From: an uncultured Desulfarculus sp.
GTDB lineage: Bacteria > Desulfobacterota > Desulfarculia > Desulfarculales > Desulfarculaceae
NCBI GenBank assembly: GCA_963665125.2
Contig: CAXXUK010000002.1
Span: 608,001-672,000 of the forward strand
Reading direction: 5' to 3'
DNA length: 64,000 nt
Shown: positions 51,501-59,722 of the stretch, in pieces
How positions within the stretch are numbered: position 1 is the stretch's first letter
Layout of the letters: every line of letters begins with the position of its first letter
Notes under the pieces: generated by a model
Told to the model about the DNA's origin: nothing
Database searches by the model: none
The model's input: the letters and a program-made list of their open reading frames with translations, nothing else
Made by a program: the position numbers and the translations under genes

Positions 51501-52925
51501 GTTGTGTTGTTTGCCGTCGGCAAAAACGGTAAGCCTGGCCTGGGAAAGGGCCTTGGTTGATACCTTAACCGCGCCCAAGCGTTCCAAGGTCACCCGCACC
51601 GTGCCGCCGACCAGGGTTATGTCCTTGATCCGCACCACCGCCGGAACCGGAGTGGGCTTGACCTGGACGGTTGGCTTGGTGGGAATGGACGTCGCCGGCT
51701 GGACGACCGGTTTGGGCGTGGGCTTTACCATCAATTGGGCGGTTTTAACGCTGGTAGCTCCGATTCCGCTGAGCTGGGCCCTGATGGAGGCGGTTTTCTC
51801 CAGTTCGATGCCCGTGTTGAAGACCACTTTCTTTTGGGAGCTGTTGAGCTTGCTGCCCGCCGGATCGGCCTTGTGCAGGTTATAGTTGTGTTGTTTGCCG
51901 TCGGCAAAAACGGTAAGCCTGGCCTGGGAAAGGGCCTTGGTTGATACCTTAACCGCGCCCAAGCGTTCCAAGGTCACCCGCACCGTGCCGCCGACCAGGG
52001 TTATGTCCTTGATCCGCACCACCGCCGGGGCCGGGGTCGGCTTGACCTGGGTGGTGGGCTTGGCTACGGCATGGAGTTCCGCAGTGGGCTTGACCGCCGG
52101 TTTTATGATGACAGGAGCCAGGGTTGCCTGGTAAGTTGGCTGGGCGCCAAGACCTTGAATTGACGCTAAGACCACGCCGCGCTTGGCAAGTGCAACCCCC
52201 GTGCGGTAACTGACCTCTCTTTTGGCTCCGTTAAGCCTTCGGGCCCCGGGATCAACCCTGCTCAGGGGGTAAACATTGGATTTTCCCTGGTATATCACCA
52301 TCAGCCGGGCCTTGCCGAGACTGGCCGGGTCGATTTTGGTTTTGTCCAGGTGCCTGATCTCCACCACCACATAATTGTTCGTCAGGGATAAACCCGTGAT
52401 ACGCAACCGGGATATTTGGGGCGTTGGCTTGGCCGCCGGCGGTTTCACGGCCTGGACCGTTGGTTTGGCTTGGGCGGCTGGGCTGGGTGTGCTGAGAGGG
52501 GGGCTTAGGGTTGCGGTTCGGATGTTGTTTTTGGTGTTGGACTCGTCAAACAGACCTTTGGCCACATAAATTGTAGCCGTGACTTTGACCCGGTTTTTGA
52601 TTTTTTCGGGTACGCGGTAGGTCAGCTTGCCGCCTGGATTGGCCAACCGGCCCTTGGGGTCTATTTTATGCAGTAAAATTGCTTGGTTGCTTTTGTTGAC
52701 GTCAATCAGCAGCTTGGCCTTGAACAGCTTGGAGGGCGCAATCTTCTCTTTGCCGCAGTTGCGCAAGGCGACGTTGATGTAGCCCGACGCATCCAGCCAG
52801 ATACGATCAATACACAAGTCGGCGTCAATTTCGGTATTGGATTTTGCTTGGACGGCGGCCTGGTTGAAGAAAAATAGGCTGGCTATGGCCAGCAGTAATA
52901 AGACAACAGTTGTAAATTTTGGCAC
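48516..52925 (-). CDS. Large secreted multidomain surface protein (CARDB-like repeats + carboxypeptidase-regulatory/prealbumin-like domains)
   Basis: GTG 52925 followed by a Sec signal peptide; N-terminal DL.I..I...NCG...DESN.KNN (CARDB-like) and four related basic domains joined by PTPKP linkers; C-terminal I.G.....G....GV.V...T...G.F.F..L..G.Y...P repeats. Confidence 0.8.
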   Translation of the reverse strand: MPKFTTVVLLLLAIASLFFFNQAAVQAKSNTEIDADLCIDRIWLDASGYINVALRNCGKEKIAPSKLFKAKLLIDVNKSNQAILLHKIDPKGRLANPGGKLTYRVPEKIKNRVKVTATIYVAKGLFDESNTKNNIRTATLSPPLSTPSPAAQAKPTVQAVKPPAAKPTPQISRLRITGLSLTNNYVVVEIRHLDKTKIDPASLGKARLMVIYQGKSNVYPLSRVDPGARRLNGAKREVSYRTGVALAKRGVVLASIQGLGAQPTYQATLAPVIIKPAVKPTAELHAVAKPTTQVKPTPAPAVVRIKDITLVGGTVRVTLERLGAVKVSTKALSQARLTVFADGKQHNYNLHKADPAGSKLNSSQKKVVFNTGIELEKTASIRAQLSGIGATSVKTAQLMVKPTPKPVVQPATSIPTKPTVQVKPTPVPAVVRIKDITLVGGTVRVTLERLGAVKVSTKALSQARLTVFADGKQHNYNLHKADPAGSKLNSSQKKVVFNTGIELEKTASIRAQLSGIGATSVKTAQLMVKPTPKPVLQPATSIPTKPTVQVKPTPVPAVVRVKDIALVDRTVRVTLERWSAAEVPASALSRARLTVIADGESHSFDLGKVDPKGRRLNSSQKKVVFNTGIELEKTASIRAQLSGIGATSAKTAQLMVKPTPKPVVKPTAAAETTQAKITIWPQSIAITQGKDTQVNLRGAQTARVAKVHILHGGKAVEGLSASLAEDKLQIDSNSQKLPSGQYELVLLDKANNEIQRLPLGLSFSQSAPVRLGGGVSADRVISGQMTAGWNQQELADNWVRDMYQAGLLQVSISPNAGQFSIRSDNYLRWCQLPPGRYTITVTAPSMWSISGGQQTILAEEQYSHLSSITVTPRYRIHGTVNDCEDPAQGVSQVRVQRLNSAGIGGAVRAVSVDQSGNYSVIVDAGRYKVKPLVPQNSGLPQPVERIVTVPYGSRQELQVDFDLSRDLQTRATPTPDSRPMDSRPIVGVVRLADGSGADDVTIEIRGIDHPNLRTDENGEFQTQGIRQNVYVTIRPRKDGWDFSPRRAVASASDGHIVEIEATPTHLARFVINGTIQADGRPLAGVTVHCGDQTTTTAQSGVFAFRDLPQGQYVVRPELEGYSFEPAALNITINDRNMLNHYFVASRIAPTGNSFIAGNLWSVTYSGGLGHEGLGDKQVKLFYCTGGNDPNCSARVVVPGHLAAVTEDDGHFVFQGLGQGRYVLVPQSVHTAFQPAERIVNLSGQSVSGVDFVRASGDYNAQSINGRFSTLDDSPIPDGITLRVESCDHVQDPTCQRTNAQVRINPDGSFIIWDVPPGVVKLVPMGADLTFEPASMLMTNRADSTNFGGRYIVRRDVGHSSVGNLTIRLGRSRDMEDRPQVVWQVEYLGQSDMTEYARQRPQDYQAQSQRQVASDPVTGVSHLNQVSTGTYKIYPSSIHPRGECEISPEVTYIFVSPGENTMRASVIPVH
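50935..52075. repeat. 384-bp (128-codon) tandem repeat, three copies
   Basis: Landmark cgcaccaccgccgg recurs at 51247, 51631 and 52015. Two copies differ by about one base; the third is more diverged. Confidence 0.92.
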
Positions 52926-53193
52926 GTATCCGCCCCTTGGGTTTTCATGGTTAAGGTGAGTCGGCCCCTGATTGAACCGGATTTTTCTGTGAAGACGCCC
53001 GGGCAGGCAAAAAAGTCTACACATAATTACAAAAACACGAATTAATTGCAACCGGGGCCACTTGCATGTTGGTCAAGCGTCAACATTAATTGTGAAAGTT
53101 TCTTGCAAATGACCTGCTTTTACCTTTACATTCGGATGAAAAATTTTCCCCGCCGGAATTCACCCTTGGCGCTAGTGTGATTTGGAGGCATTG

Positions 53194-55149
53194 ATGAATT
53201 TGCTCAAGCGAGCCGCGGGCAAACCGCCCCGGCTGGCCGCGCTGGCATGCTGCCTGTTGCTGGGCCTGCTATGGTCCGGTCCGGTATATGCCGCTGACCT
53301 CGACCCAAACCCGGTTGTCGAACTTGTCTGTCCGGCTCCCGGTTCAATGATCATTGAAAAAAAACCGATCCTGGAGATCAACCTGCCCGGTACGGAGGCG
53401 GTCAATGGTCTTATAATTCTTTTGGATGATAAGGATATTACCGGCTTGGTTGAGCGTAGCGGCGGCAAGTTGCAGGTTCCGCTTTTCGAAATTCTGCCTT
53501 CTGGTGAGCACGTTTTGACCTTGTTGTCCACCGACAGCCAAGGCAATCAAACTGAGCGCAGCTTTACCTTCCGCTCCAAACATTACGAAGACTATGACGA
53601 GGCCTATGTTAGTGGCAACCTGTCGGCAGTGTGGGAAGGCGCGTTTGTTCGCAACAATGCCGATGACTGGCCTGATTCAAAAATAGAGGCCAACCTGGAA
53701 AACCACATGCGCGTCAAGCGGGGCGACTGGGATATCAGCTTTGATTCCAACCTCCGCTACCAGGACCAAAGCAAGGCCTTTACGGAACCCGAGAAAAAGG
53801 GGATCAACATCGCCGACTATCTGCTGCGGGCGGCTTATGACCAAAACGGCGTGTCGCTGGATGCCAGTATGGGCGACGTCATCGTGGACTTGGGCCGTTT
53901 GACAGTGGACAATCTGGCCCGCCGGGGCGGCTTGTTCCAGGCCAACGCGGGCGGAGCCAGCGCCACGCTGTTCATGATCAACAGCAACGAGTATTGGGGT
54001 TTTTACGGCGGCATGGGCCTGGACGGCGACACCAGCGATCACCTGATGGGCGGTCGGGTGTCCATGGATATAGTGCCCGAAAAATTCAAGGCCGGAGTGC
54101 ACTATATTACCGGTGGCCAACAAGGCGATTCGTTCGGCGAGTGTACCGACGAAGCCCCGGGCAAAGGCGATGTCTGGGGCGCGCGGCTCTGGGCCGGCCC
54201 TTGGGGTGAAGTGCTCACAGCCGAGGCCGAGTTGAACTTCAGCACGGTTGAGTACGAAAACAACAGCAATGACGCCGATGACAAGGCTTGGCGGGTGGCC
54301 TTGGAGGGCCAGACCGGCGCCTACACGTACAACGCCGGCTATGAATACATCGGACCAGACTATACGGTGGCTGCCAACGACAGCTTTGAAAACGACCGCC
54401 AAGGTTACAATATAGGCGGCAGGGGCGACTGGACCAACCATTCGCTGGCCGCTAACTTCGGCCAGTACCAGGACAACGTGGAAGCTGACGCGGACGAGGC
54501 CAAAACCAACAGCATCGACGCGGGACTTAATTATTCCTACAACGGCCTGGAGCGCTGGCCTCTGACCTTGAGCTATCAACTGGCCACCTTGGACACCAGT
54601 GACGAGCCTTCCTGGGTTCAGGCGCAGGAAACCAGGCAGCACACGGTACTGGGTACGGCTTCCTTCCTGGGCGACATCCTCAATCTGGGCCTCCAGGCCG
54701 AATATTCCAACCTGGACGACGGCCAGACCGACTCAAACGACAGCCGAACCATGACCTTTACCCTCAGCCCGGCGCTGCTCTATGAAACTTTGAGCATCTC
54801 CCCGTCTTTTTCGTGGTCTCAAATGGAGCTTACCGCGTCTTCCATTACAACGGACACTTTCACCTTCAATGTGGATATCCTGGGTCAATTGCCTGACTGG
54901 GACCTGAACTGGCAACTGGCCGGGTCTTACAACAAGACAAAGGCGTCCGATGACAGCAGCGACTTTGAGACCATCGGGGCAAATGCGGAGATCAGCCGCA
55001 CCTTTGGCCAATTGCTGGGCGGGCATTTACGGCCCACAGTGGCCCTGAGGGCCCAGTACAATAACAACAGAGACCTGGCCCTGGACGACTCGGAAGAGGA
55101 ATTCATCGCCCTGGTGGTTCTTTCGGCCGATGCGCCGTTCAGTTTTTAA
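53194..55149 (+). CDS. Putative outer-membrane beta-barrel protein with N-terminal Ig-like domain
   Basis: GGAGG RBS, signal peptide, N-terminal P.PGS.I...KP...I...LDDKDIT...L..GEH.L (Ig-like), amphipathic strands rich in Y/W/G/D/N, Y.YIGPDY motif, C-terminal FSF. Confidence 0.72.
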   Translation: MNLLKRAAGKPPRLAALACCLLLGLLWSGPVYAADLDPNPVVELVCPAPGSMIIEKKPILEINLPGTEAVNGLIILLDDKDITGLVERSGGKLQVPLFEILPSGEHVLTLLSTDSQGNQTERSFTFRSKHYEDYDEAYVSGNLSAVWEGAFVRNNADDWPDSKIEANLENHMRVKRGDWDISFDSNLRYQDQSKAFTEPEKKGINIADYLLRAAYDQNGVSLDASMGDVIVDLGRLTVDNLARRGGLFQANAGGASATLFMINSNEYWGFYGGMGLDGDTSDHLMGGRVSMDIVPEKFKAGVHYITGGQQGDSFGECTDEAPGKGDVWGARLWAGPWGEVLTAEAELNFSTVEYENNSNDADDKAWRVALEGQTGAYTYNAGYEYIGPDYTVAANDSFENDRQGYNIGGRGDWTNHSLAANFGQYQDNVEADADEAKTNSIDAGLNYSYNGLERWPLTLSYQLATLDTSDEPSWVQAQETRQHTVLGTASFLGDILNLGLQAEYSNLDDGQTDSNDSRTMTFTLSPALLYETLSISPSFSWSQMELTASSITTDTFTFNVDILGQLPDWDLNWQLAGSYNKTKASDDSSDFETIGANAEISRTFGQLLGGHLRPTVALRAQYNNNRDLALDDSEEEFIALVVLSADAPFSF

Positions 55150-55161
55150 GGGGGTTGAGGC

Positions 55162-56805
55162 ATGAAAAAAATCAGCCTACTTTTGGTATTGGCGGCGGCA
55201 ATGGTCATGGCCTGGGCCGCAGTGGCTCAAGCCCTCACTCTTAACGTCAATCCCAGCCGAGTCAGAGTGGGCTCGGCGATTACGGCCACTGTACGGGCTA
55301 CATACACCACGGCTCCATTGGCGTGCGCAAACCAGGTGAATTTTGGCGACGGTACGGGATGGCAGTTTTTGACCTCCTGCAACACCACAAGCTGCACCAA
55401 GACTCTTGGGCACACCTTTGGAGCCACTGGCACCTATACCGTACGGGCCAGGGGCGATTCCACGGCTTCCTGCGTGGCCCTGTTGAACCCGCCGACCACG
55501 GCGGCAACAACGGCGAACGTTTGCCCCAAATTGGCCTTCAGCGGCAGTTCACGGCTGTCAAGCGCCCGGCAAGGCGTGGCCTATTCCCAGCGCCTGAGCG
55601 TCACCAGCGGCGGACAGCAGGTAACCTATCAAGTCTTCACCGGCAGCCTGCCGCAGGGTCTGAGCCTCGGTAGCGGCGGAGTGATTAGCGGCACACCCAC
55701 GGCCTCGGGCAATTTCAGTTTCGGCGTCCGGGCGATCGACGCCTGCGGCGGCACTGCCCTGGCCGTCAAGCGCATGTACAGCCTGTCCGTTGATGCTGCT
55801 CCAAACGTGCAGTTCAGCGGTTCGGCCAGCCCGGCATCTGCCCAGGTGCGGCCTGACACGGCTACGGTCGTAAACATGCGTCACAATCTGCGCAGCACGG
55901 CAAACACGCCAATGACTCTGACCTCAGCTTCGGCCAGCTTTGTGGCCGGGGGGCGGATCCTCGGCACCGTCAACCGGGCCCTGAGTGTAAACTTGAGCGG
56001 CGGTTCGGGCTCGGTGGCCGAGACTGTCACTGTGCCCGCCTCGGTGGTGCAACAGGCCGCCGACGTGGGGGCCAACGACCTGCAATACCGCCGCGGTTTC
56101 AGCTACAACGGCGCCAATGTGGTTACGACCACCGTCAGCCTCAATACCTTGCAAAAGGCCTTGGGGTCCCTGCGGGTGCGTAAATTGCGTTTGTTCTTTG
56201 ACAACAGGCGTCCGGAAATCACAGTAAAGCGCTTTGCCACCGGTTTGCGGGCCACCGCGGCGATCACCTATGAAGGCAGCGGCCAGTTGATGGCCTACTG
56301 GGAGGTCGACGGCCGAGTAATCGCCCATGAAAACATGAACCTGATCTACGGCAAGCGCAGCATTGAGCTGCAATCGCCCCAGGTTCCGGCCCTGCCCACC
56401 TTCAGCCAAGGCACCCATCGGGTGCGGCTGGTCATCACCAGCCCGTCCATGGATATCGACTTGCCGGTGGCTATCTATTACGTGGAAACGGCCAAGGCCG
56501 CCGAAGTGGTGCCCATTGCCAAAATTCAGCCGCCTTGCGGATCCCACAGGCCCTATGCCGCGGTGGCGTTTTCCTGGGGAGCAGTCAAAAGCGCCGAGCT
56601 ATATATAGTTGATTTCCTGAAACAAAAAGATGACCAGCCGTTCTTCAGTGCACAAGTAAAACAGCCCGCCTACAACCTGCCCGCGGTACTGTTGAAAAAA
56701 TACTTCAAACCGGGTACGGCCTATGTCTGGCGGGTGCGGGCCCTGGATTCCCAGGGTGCCGTGACCGGCGAAAGCAATGCCTGTGGTTTGATTTTCAAGC
56801 CCTGA
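55162..56805 (+). CDS. Secreted Ig-fold protein (PKD-like + putative Ig domain + FN3-like)
   Basis: Signal peptide ending AQA; NFGDG...H.F..TGTYTV (PKD-like); G.AYSQ.L...GG.....GSLP.GLSL...GVISGTPT.SG.F.F.V.A.D (He_PIG-like); C-terminal FSW......Y...G.AY.WRVRA.D. Confidence 0.8.
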   Translation: MKKISLLLVLAAAMVMAWAAVAQALTLNVNPSRVRVGSAITATVRATYTTAPLACANQVNFGDGTGWQFLTSCNTTSCTKTLGHTFGATGTYTVRARGDSTASCVALLNPPTTAATTANVCPKLAFSGSSRLSSARQGVAYSQRLSVTSGGQQVTYQVFTGSLPQGLSLGSGGVISGTPTASGNFSFGVRAIDACGGTALAVKRMYSLSVDAAPNVQFSGSASPASAQVRPDTATVVNMRHNLRSTANTPMTLTSASASFVAGGRILGTVNRALSVNLSGGSGSVAETVTVPASVVQQAADVGANDLQYRRGFSYNGANVVTTTVSLNTLQKALGSLRVRKLRLFFDNRRPEITVKRFATGLRATAAITYEGSGQLMAYWEVDGRVIAHENMNLIYGKRSIELQSPQVPALPTFSQGTHRVRLVITSPSMDIDLPVAIYYVETAKAAEVVPIAKIQPPCGSHRPYAAVAFSWGAVKSAELYIVDFLKQKDDQPFFSAQVKQPAYNLPAVLLKKYFKPGTAYVWRVRALDSQGAVTGESNACGLIFKP

Positions 56806-56818
56806 GTAGGCACATCAA

Positions 56819-56860
56819 AAAGAACGCCCAGAGGCGCACCTGGTCTGGGCGTTCTTTATT
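56819..56860. terminator. Intrinsic terminator
   Basis: AAAGAACGCCCAGA...TCTGGGCGTTCTTT after the Ig-protein stop. Confidence 0.8.
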
Positions 56861-57007
56861 GTGTCGGACCTATCGCGTGACCCACGCACAATATACGTTT
56901 CGTTAAGCGACAATTTGATGTTCATATGAAGAGCCAAGCGTGATGCCTGGCTCTTTTTGTGTTTTTAAGCTCAGCGCTAGCCGGCGTGACAACGCGAGTG
57001 ACAAAAA

Positions 57008-58294
57008 GAGACCATTGCGTAAAGCCGAGTCCTGACATACTTTCCTTTTCAGATGATTTTTTCGGTGTAGTAGGCAGTTGGGCCGGGCTTCGTTGGGTTT
57101 TTTCTAGCTTTTACCTGGCTGCCCATCCTGCCCCCCGGTGTCTTTGATCACCTGCCGGCCAGTATCGCGGCCTTTTTCAGGTTGAAGGCCATGGCCGATA
57201 GCATCAGTTGCATGTTCATCTTGGCCAGGCCCAAATATCTGGCCCGCGCCAGGCCGTAGTGCTTCTTCATGCTGCCGAATGCCCTCTCCACCGAGCAGCG
57301 CACCCGTGAGATGGCCTTGTTCACTCTGAGTTCTGCATCACTCAGCGGTCGACCGCGAGCCGCCTTGTACATGATCAAGTCAAAGTAACCGGCCTCTTCC
57401 AGGTGGCTTCGATTATCCGCGCTGCTGTAGCCTTTGTCGGCCAGGACCGGAGCATCCTTCTTCAGCTTGGCGTTGTCGACCACGGCCATGAATTCCTTGC
57501 AATCCGGGCGGTTGGCCGGTGTGGCGTGGCCAGCCAGAATAAACCCGTGCTCCCCATCGACGGCAATGTGTCCCTTGTAGCCATAGCAGTACTTCTTGCC
57601 TTTCTTGGTCCATTTGGCGTCCGTGTCATCGGAATAGGTGGTTTCCACGCTGTAGCCGGTGGGGCGGTCGTCGTCATCATCGTCGTTTTGGTCGTCGAGT
57701 TCATCGAAGATCACTTCCTGCTTTTTGCGGGGCTGGCGGGCGGATGGAATCAAGGTGGCATCCACGCTGGAGCCGGTGCGCACCAAAATACCCTGCGCTT
57801 CAAGCTGCTTATTTATCATATTAAACAGCTTGTCCAGCAGGCCGCGCTCTTGCAGGTGGTTTCGAAAGCGGCAGATGGTGGAGGCGTCGGGCGACTCGTG
57901 ATCCAACGAAAAACCGGCGAAACGGCAAAAGGAAATCCGGTCGGCCATGGCTTCGGCTGCCTTGTGGTCGCTCAGGTCATGCCAGCGTTGCAGCAGCAAA
58001 ATCTTGAACATGCCCAGAGGCGGATAAGCCGGATTGCCCACCGCGTCCTTGTGGCGCCGAAGCTTTTTCTTCAGAAAGCCCTCGATGGGCTTCCAATCGA
58101 CGATGCGGTTTACATCATCCAGAAAGGTTTTGGGCTGTTTGCGGCTGGCCACGGCCATGTCCGCGAAACCGCCCCGCCTTGTCTCGAACCGATTGGCCAA
58201 AGATGCCCTCCATTCACGATGGTTAAGGACATTTTAACCAATTATTGCAACCAATTAAAGTGCACTCTCGGAGCTGACGCCGTGCAACGGTCTC
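57008..58294 (-). mobile_element. IS5-family insertion sequence (1287 bp)
   Basis: Terminal IRs GAGACCATTGC (57008) and GCAACGGTCTC (ending 58294), 10/11 match; AAAAA on both sides (probable target duplication); single transposase. Confidence 0.9.
57148..58200 (-). CDS. IS5-family DDE transposase
   Basis: G.P.YP...MFKILLLQ.W..LSD, PDASTICRFR, VDATLI, D.DA.W..K....YGYK.H..VD, ADKGY, R..VER.FG.MK. Confidence 0.95.
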   Translation of the reverse strand: MANRFETRRGGFADMAVASRKQPKTFLDDVNRIVDWKPIEGFLKKKLRRHKDAVGNPAYPPLGMFKILLLQRWHDLSDHKAAEAMADRISFCRFAGFSLDHESPDASTICRFRNHLQERGLLDKLFNMINKQLEAQGILVRTGSSVDATLIPSARQPRKKQEVIFDELDDQNDDDDDDRPTGYSVETTYSDDTDAKWTKKGKKYCYGYKGHIAVDGEHGFILAGHATPANRPDCKEFMAVVDNAKLKKDAPVLADKGYSSADNRSHLEEAGYFDLIMYKAARGRPLSDAELRVNKAISRVRCSVERAFGSMKKHYGLARARYLGLAKMNMQLMLSAMAFNLKKAAILAGR

Positions 58295-58317
58295 AAAAAG
58301 TGACAAAATCAAAGACA

Positions 58318-58347
58318 AAGGGGTTAGGCCTTTCGGCCTAACCCCTT
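58318..58347. terminator. Hairpin immediately downstream of the tRNA 3' fragment
   Basis: AAGGGGTTAGGCC-tttc-GGCCTAACCCCTT. Confidence 0.75.
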
Positions 58348-58355
58348 GTTTTATT

Positions 58356-58400
58356 TGGTGCGCCCGGCCTGATTCGAACAGGCGGCCTACGGATTCGTAG
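58356..58400 (-). other. att site: 3' fragment of tRNA-Arg(ACG), anticodon loop to CCA
   Basis: Minus strand CTACGAA-TCCGT-AGGCC-GCCTG-TTCGAAT-CAGGC-CGGGCGC-ACCA. The 5' half (acceptor 5' strand, D arm, 5' anticodon stem) is absent. Confidence 0.85.
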
Positions 58401-58569
58401 ACAAGCCTTTTTGAGCTTCCTAACCTCCTCAAATTACAGCAACTAGCTGTAATGACTAAAGGAAGATACTGACACAATTTGACAGGTTTTTGCTGATTTT
58501 GGCCAGATTTTGCGAGAAACTCTCACATAAATCCACACATGAGATTGCGTGGAAGTATCACGCGATAAT

Positions 58570-59646
58570 TCAACACGTGACTGGCCCGAAATGACCGTTG
58601 TAACCAACATGAGTGAGCACGAGCCGATTGATACATTTGATACCCACTAACCCAACTTCCAACGGGCGTCCGAATAAAGCGAAGTTTTCGATCGTGAATC
58701 TCTTTGCATATTTTTCCCGCTCAGGATGATATCGGCGCAAGGAAAGACCATAGGAAGTCTCGAACGGATGACCTCCTGTGCGAATCAAGCTGAAGAATGA
58801 TGGATAGATTACGCCATCAAAGGCAGCATCTCTCGCTGCTAATGCAATCGCTCGACTAATTTCGTATGAGTGAGACCTTGCAAGAAAGAGCATATGAATA
58901 GCCATATCCAGACTATCGAATTCTGTGCAGTCTTCCTCCAGAACATGTGTCAAATCTAAAAGGCGCAAATCTCGATGTGCAGTAAACGTGGCAACATATA
59001 TGTCATCTTCCATAGCGGCACGGCATTCGTGGATGCATACATCAATTTCCTGTGATCCATACATGACGGGGAAGCCGGTTGAATCCAAACGTCCCTTGCC
59101 AGCAAGAGCGATGGGTGGGCTATCATACTCCTGTGGGTCATCAGGGCGCTGCGGACTGACTCGGAGGCGATAGAACGTCGCATTTTTATCAAGCGTTCTT
59201 TCTGGATACTCCTTCAGGATACGGTCGATGATCTGCGGTCGTGTCTTGGATTTTTGTAAGGCTTTGAGCGGTTCTACTTCGCCTAGCATCCAAAGACGCG
59301 GACCATAGTGGAAGAATCCAAACTTAGTAGCTTCTTCAATTAGTTTGATGTCATTTTTGAGCCAGGGAGATGGCCATATATTGCTCTTTCCATAGCTATT
59401 CTCGTTGATTTGAATCATTGGTGCTGCACCATATTGGTGCCAGGTGGTGGTACCTCTAACGAAGAAGCGCCATGCAAGCCCCTTAACAAGCTCTTTCGTT
59501 AGCTTCCGTCCTTTGGGACTGCCGCAATTTGGGCAGACACCTTGCAACTCAAGGCCTCGATTGGTCGCATCTATCCTCAACCCCTCATCTGTGAAGCAGT
59601 CAGAACAAAGAATCGGTGAGCTATCGCACTCATTTTCGACTGTCAT
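58570..59646 (-). CDS. RES-domain protein with N-terminal Zn-finger-like region
   Basis: CSDC...CPNC; FYRLR...DSPP...GRLD..GFPVMY...IHECR...LLDLT...FDGVIYPS (R, E, S residues of RES). Confidence 0.85.
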   Translation of the reverse strand: MTVENECDSSPILCSDCFTDEGLRIDATNRGLELQGVCPNCGSPKGRKLTKELVKGLAWRFFVRGTTTWHQYGAAPMIQINENSYGKSNIWPSPWLKNDIKLIEEATKFGFFHYGPRLWMLGEVEPLKALQKSKTRPQIIDRILKEYPERTLDKNATFYRLRVSPQRPDDPQEYDSPPIALAGKGRLDSTGFPVMYGSQEIDVCIHECRAAMEDDIYVATFTAHRDLRLLDLTHVLEEDCTEFDSLDMAIHMLFLARSHSYEISRAIALAARDAAFDGVIYPSFFSLIRTGGHPFETSYGLSLRRYHPEREKYAKRFTIENFALFGRPLEVGLVGIKCINRLVLTHVGYNGHFGPVTC

Positions 59647-59662
59647 AGTACGATCCGTATTT

Positions 59663-59722
59663 ACCTAACTTTGCTAATCAGTTGTGCGGCTTTTTGTATC
59701 GGGTGAATATGCTTTGTCAGAT
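59663..59722 (-). other. Degenerate integron attC-like (59-base element) site
   Basis: 60 bp on the minus strand, from ATCTGAC (overlapping the upstream stop codon, one mismatch to RYYYAAC) to GTTAGGT (GTTRRRY); imperfect internal palindrome. Confidence 0.45.

Noticed and set aside
53090..53108. TTGTGAAAGTTTCTTGCAA as a Rex box in the divergent promoter
   Set aside because: Only the left half matches TTGTGAA-N4-TTCACAA; the right half and spacing do not fit.
58356..58430. Possible intact tRNA-Arg gene
   Set aside because: The 5' anticodon stem, D arm and 5' acceptor strand are missing; only the 3' 45 nt are present, so it is treated as an att remnant.
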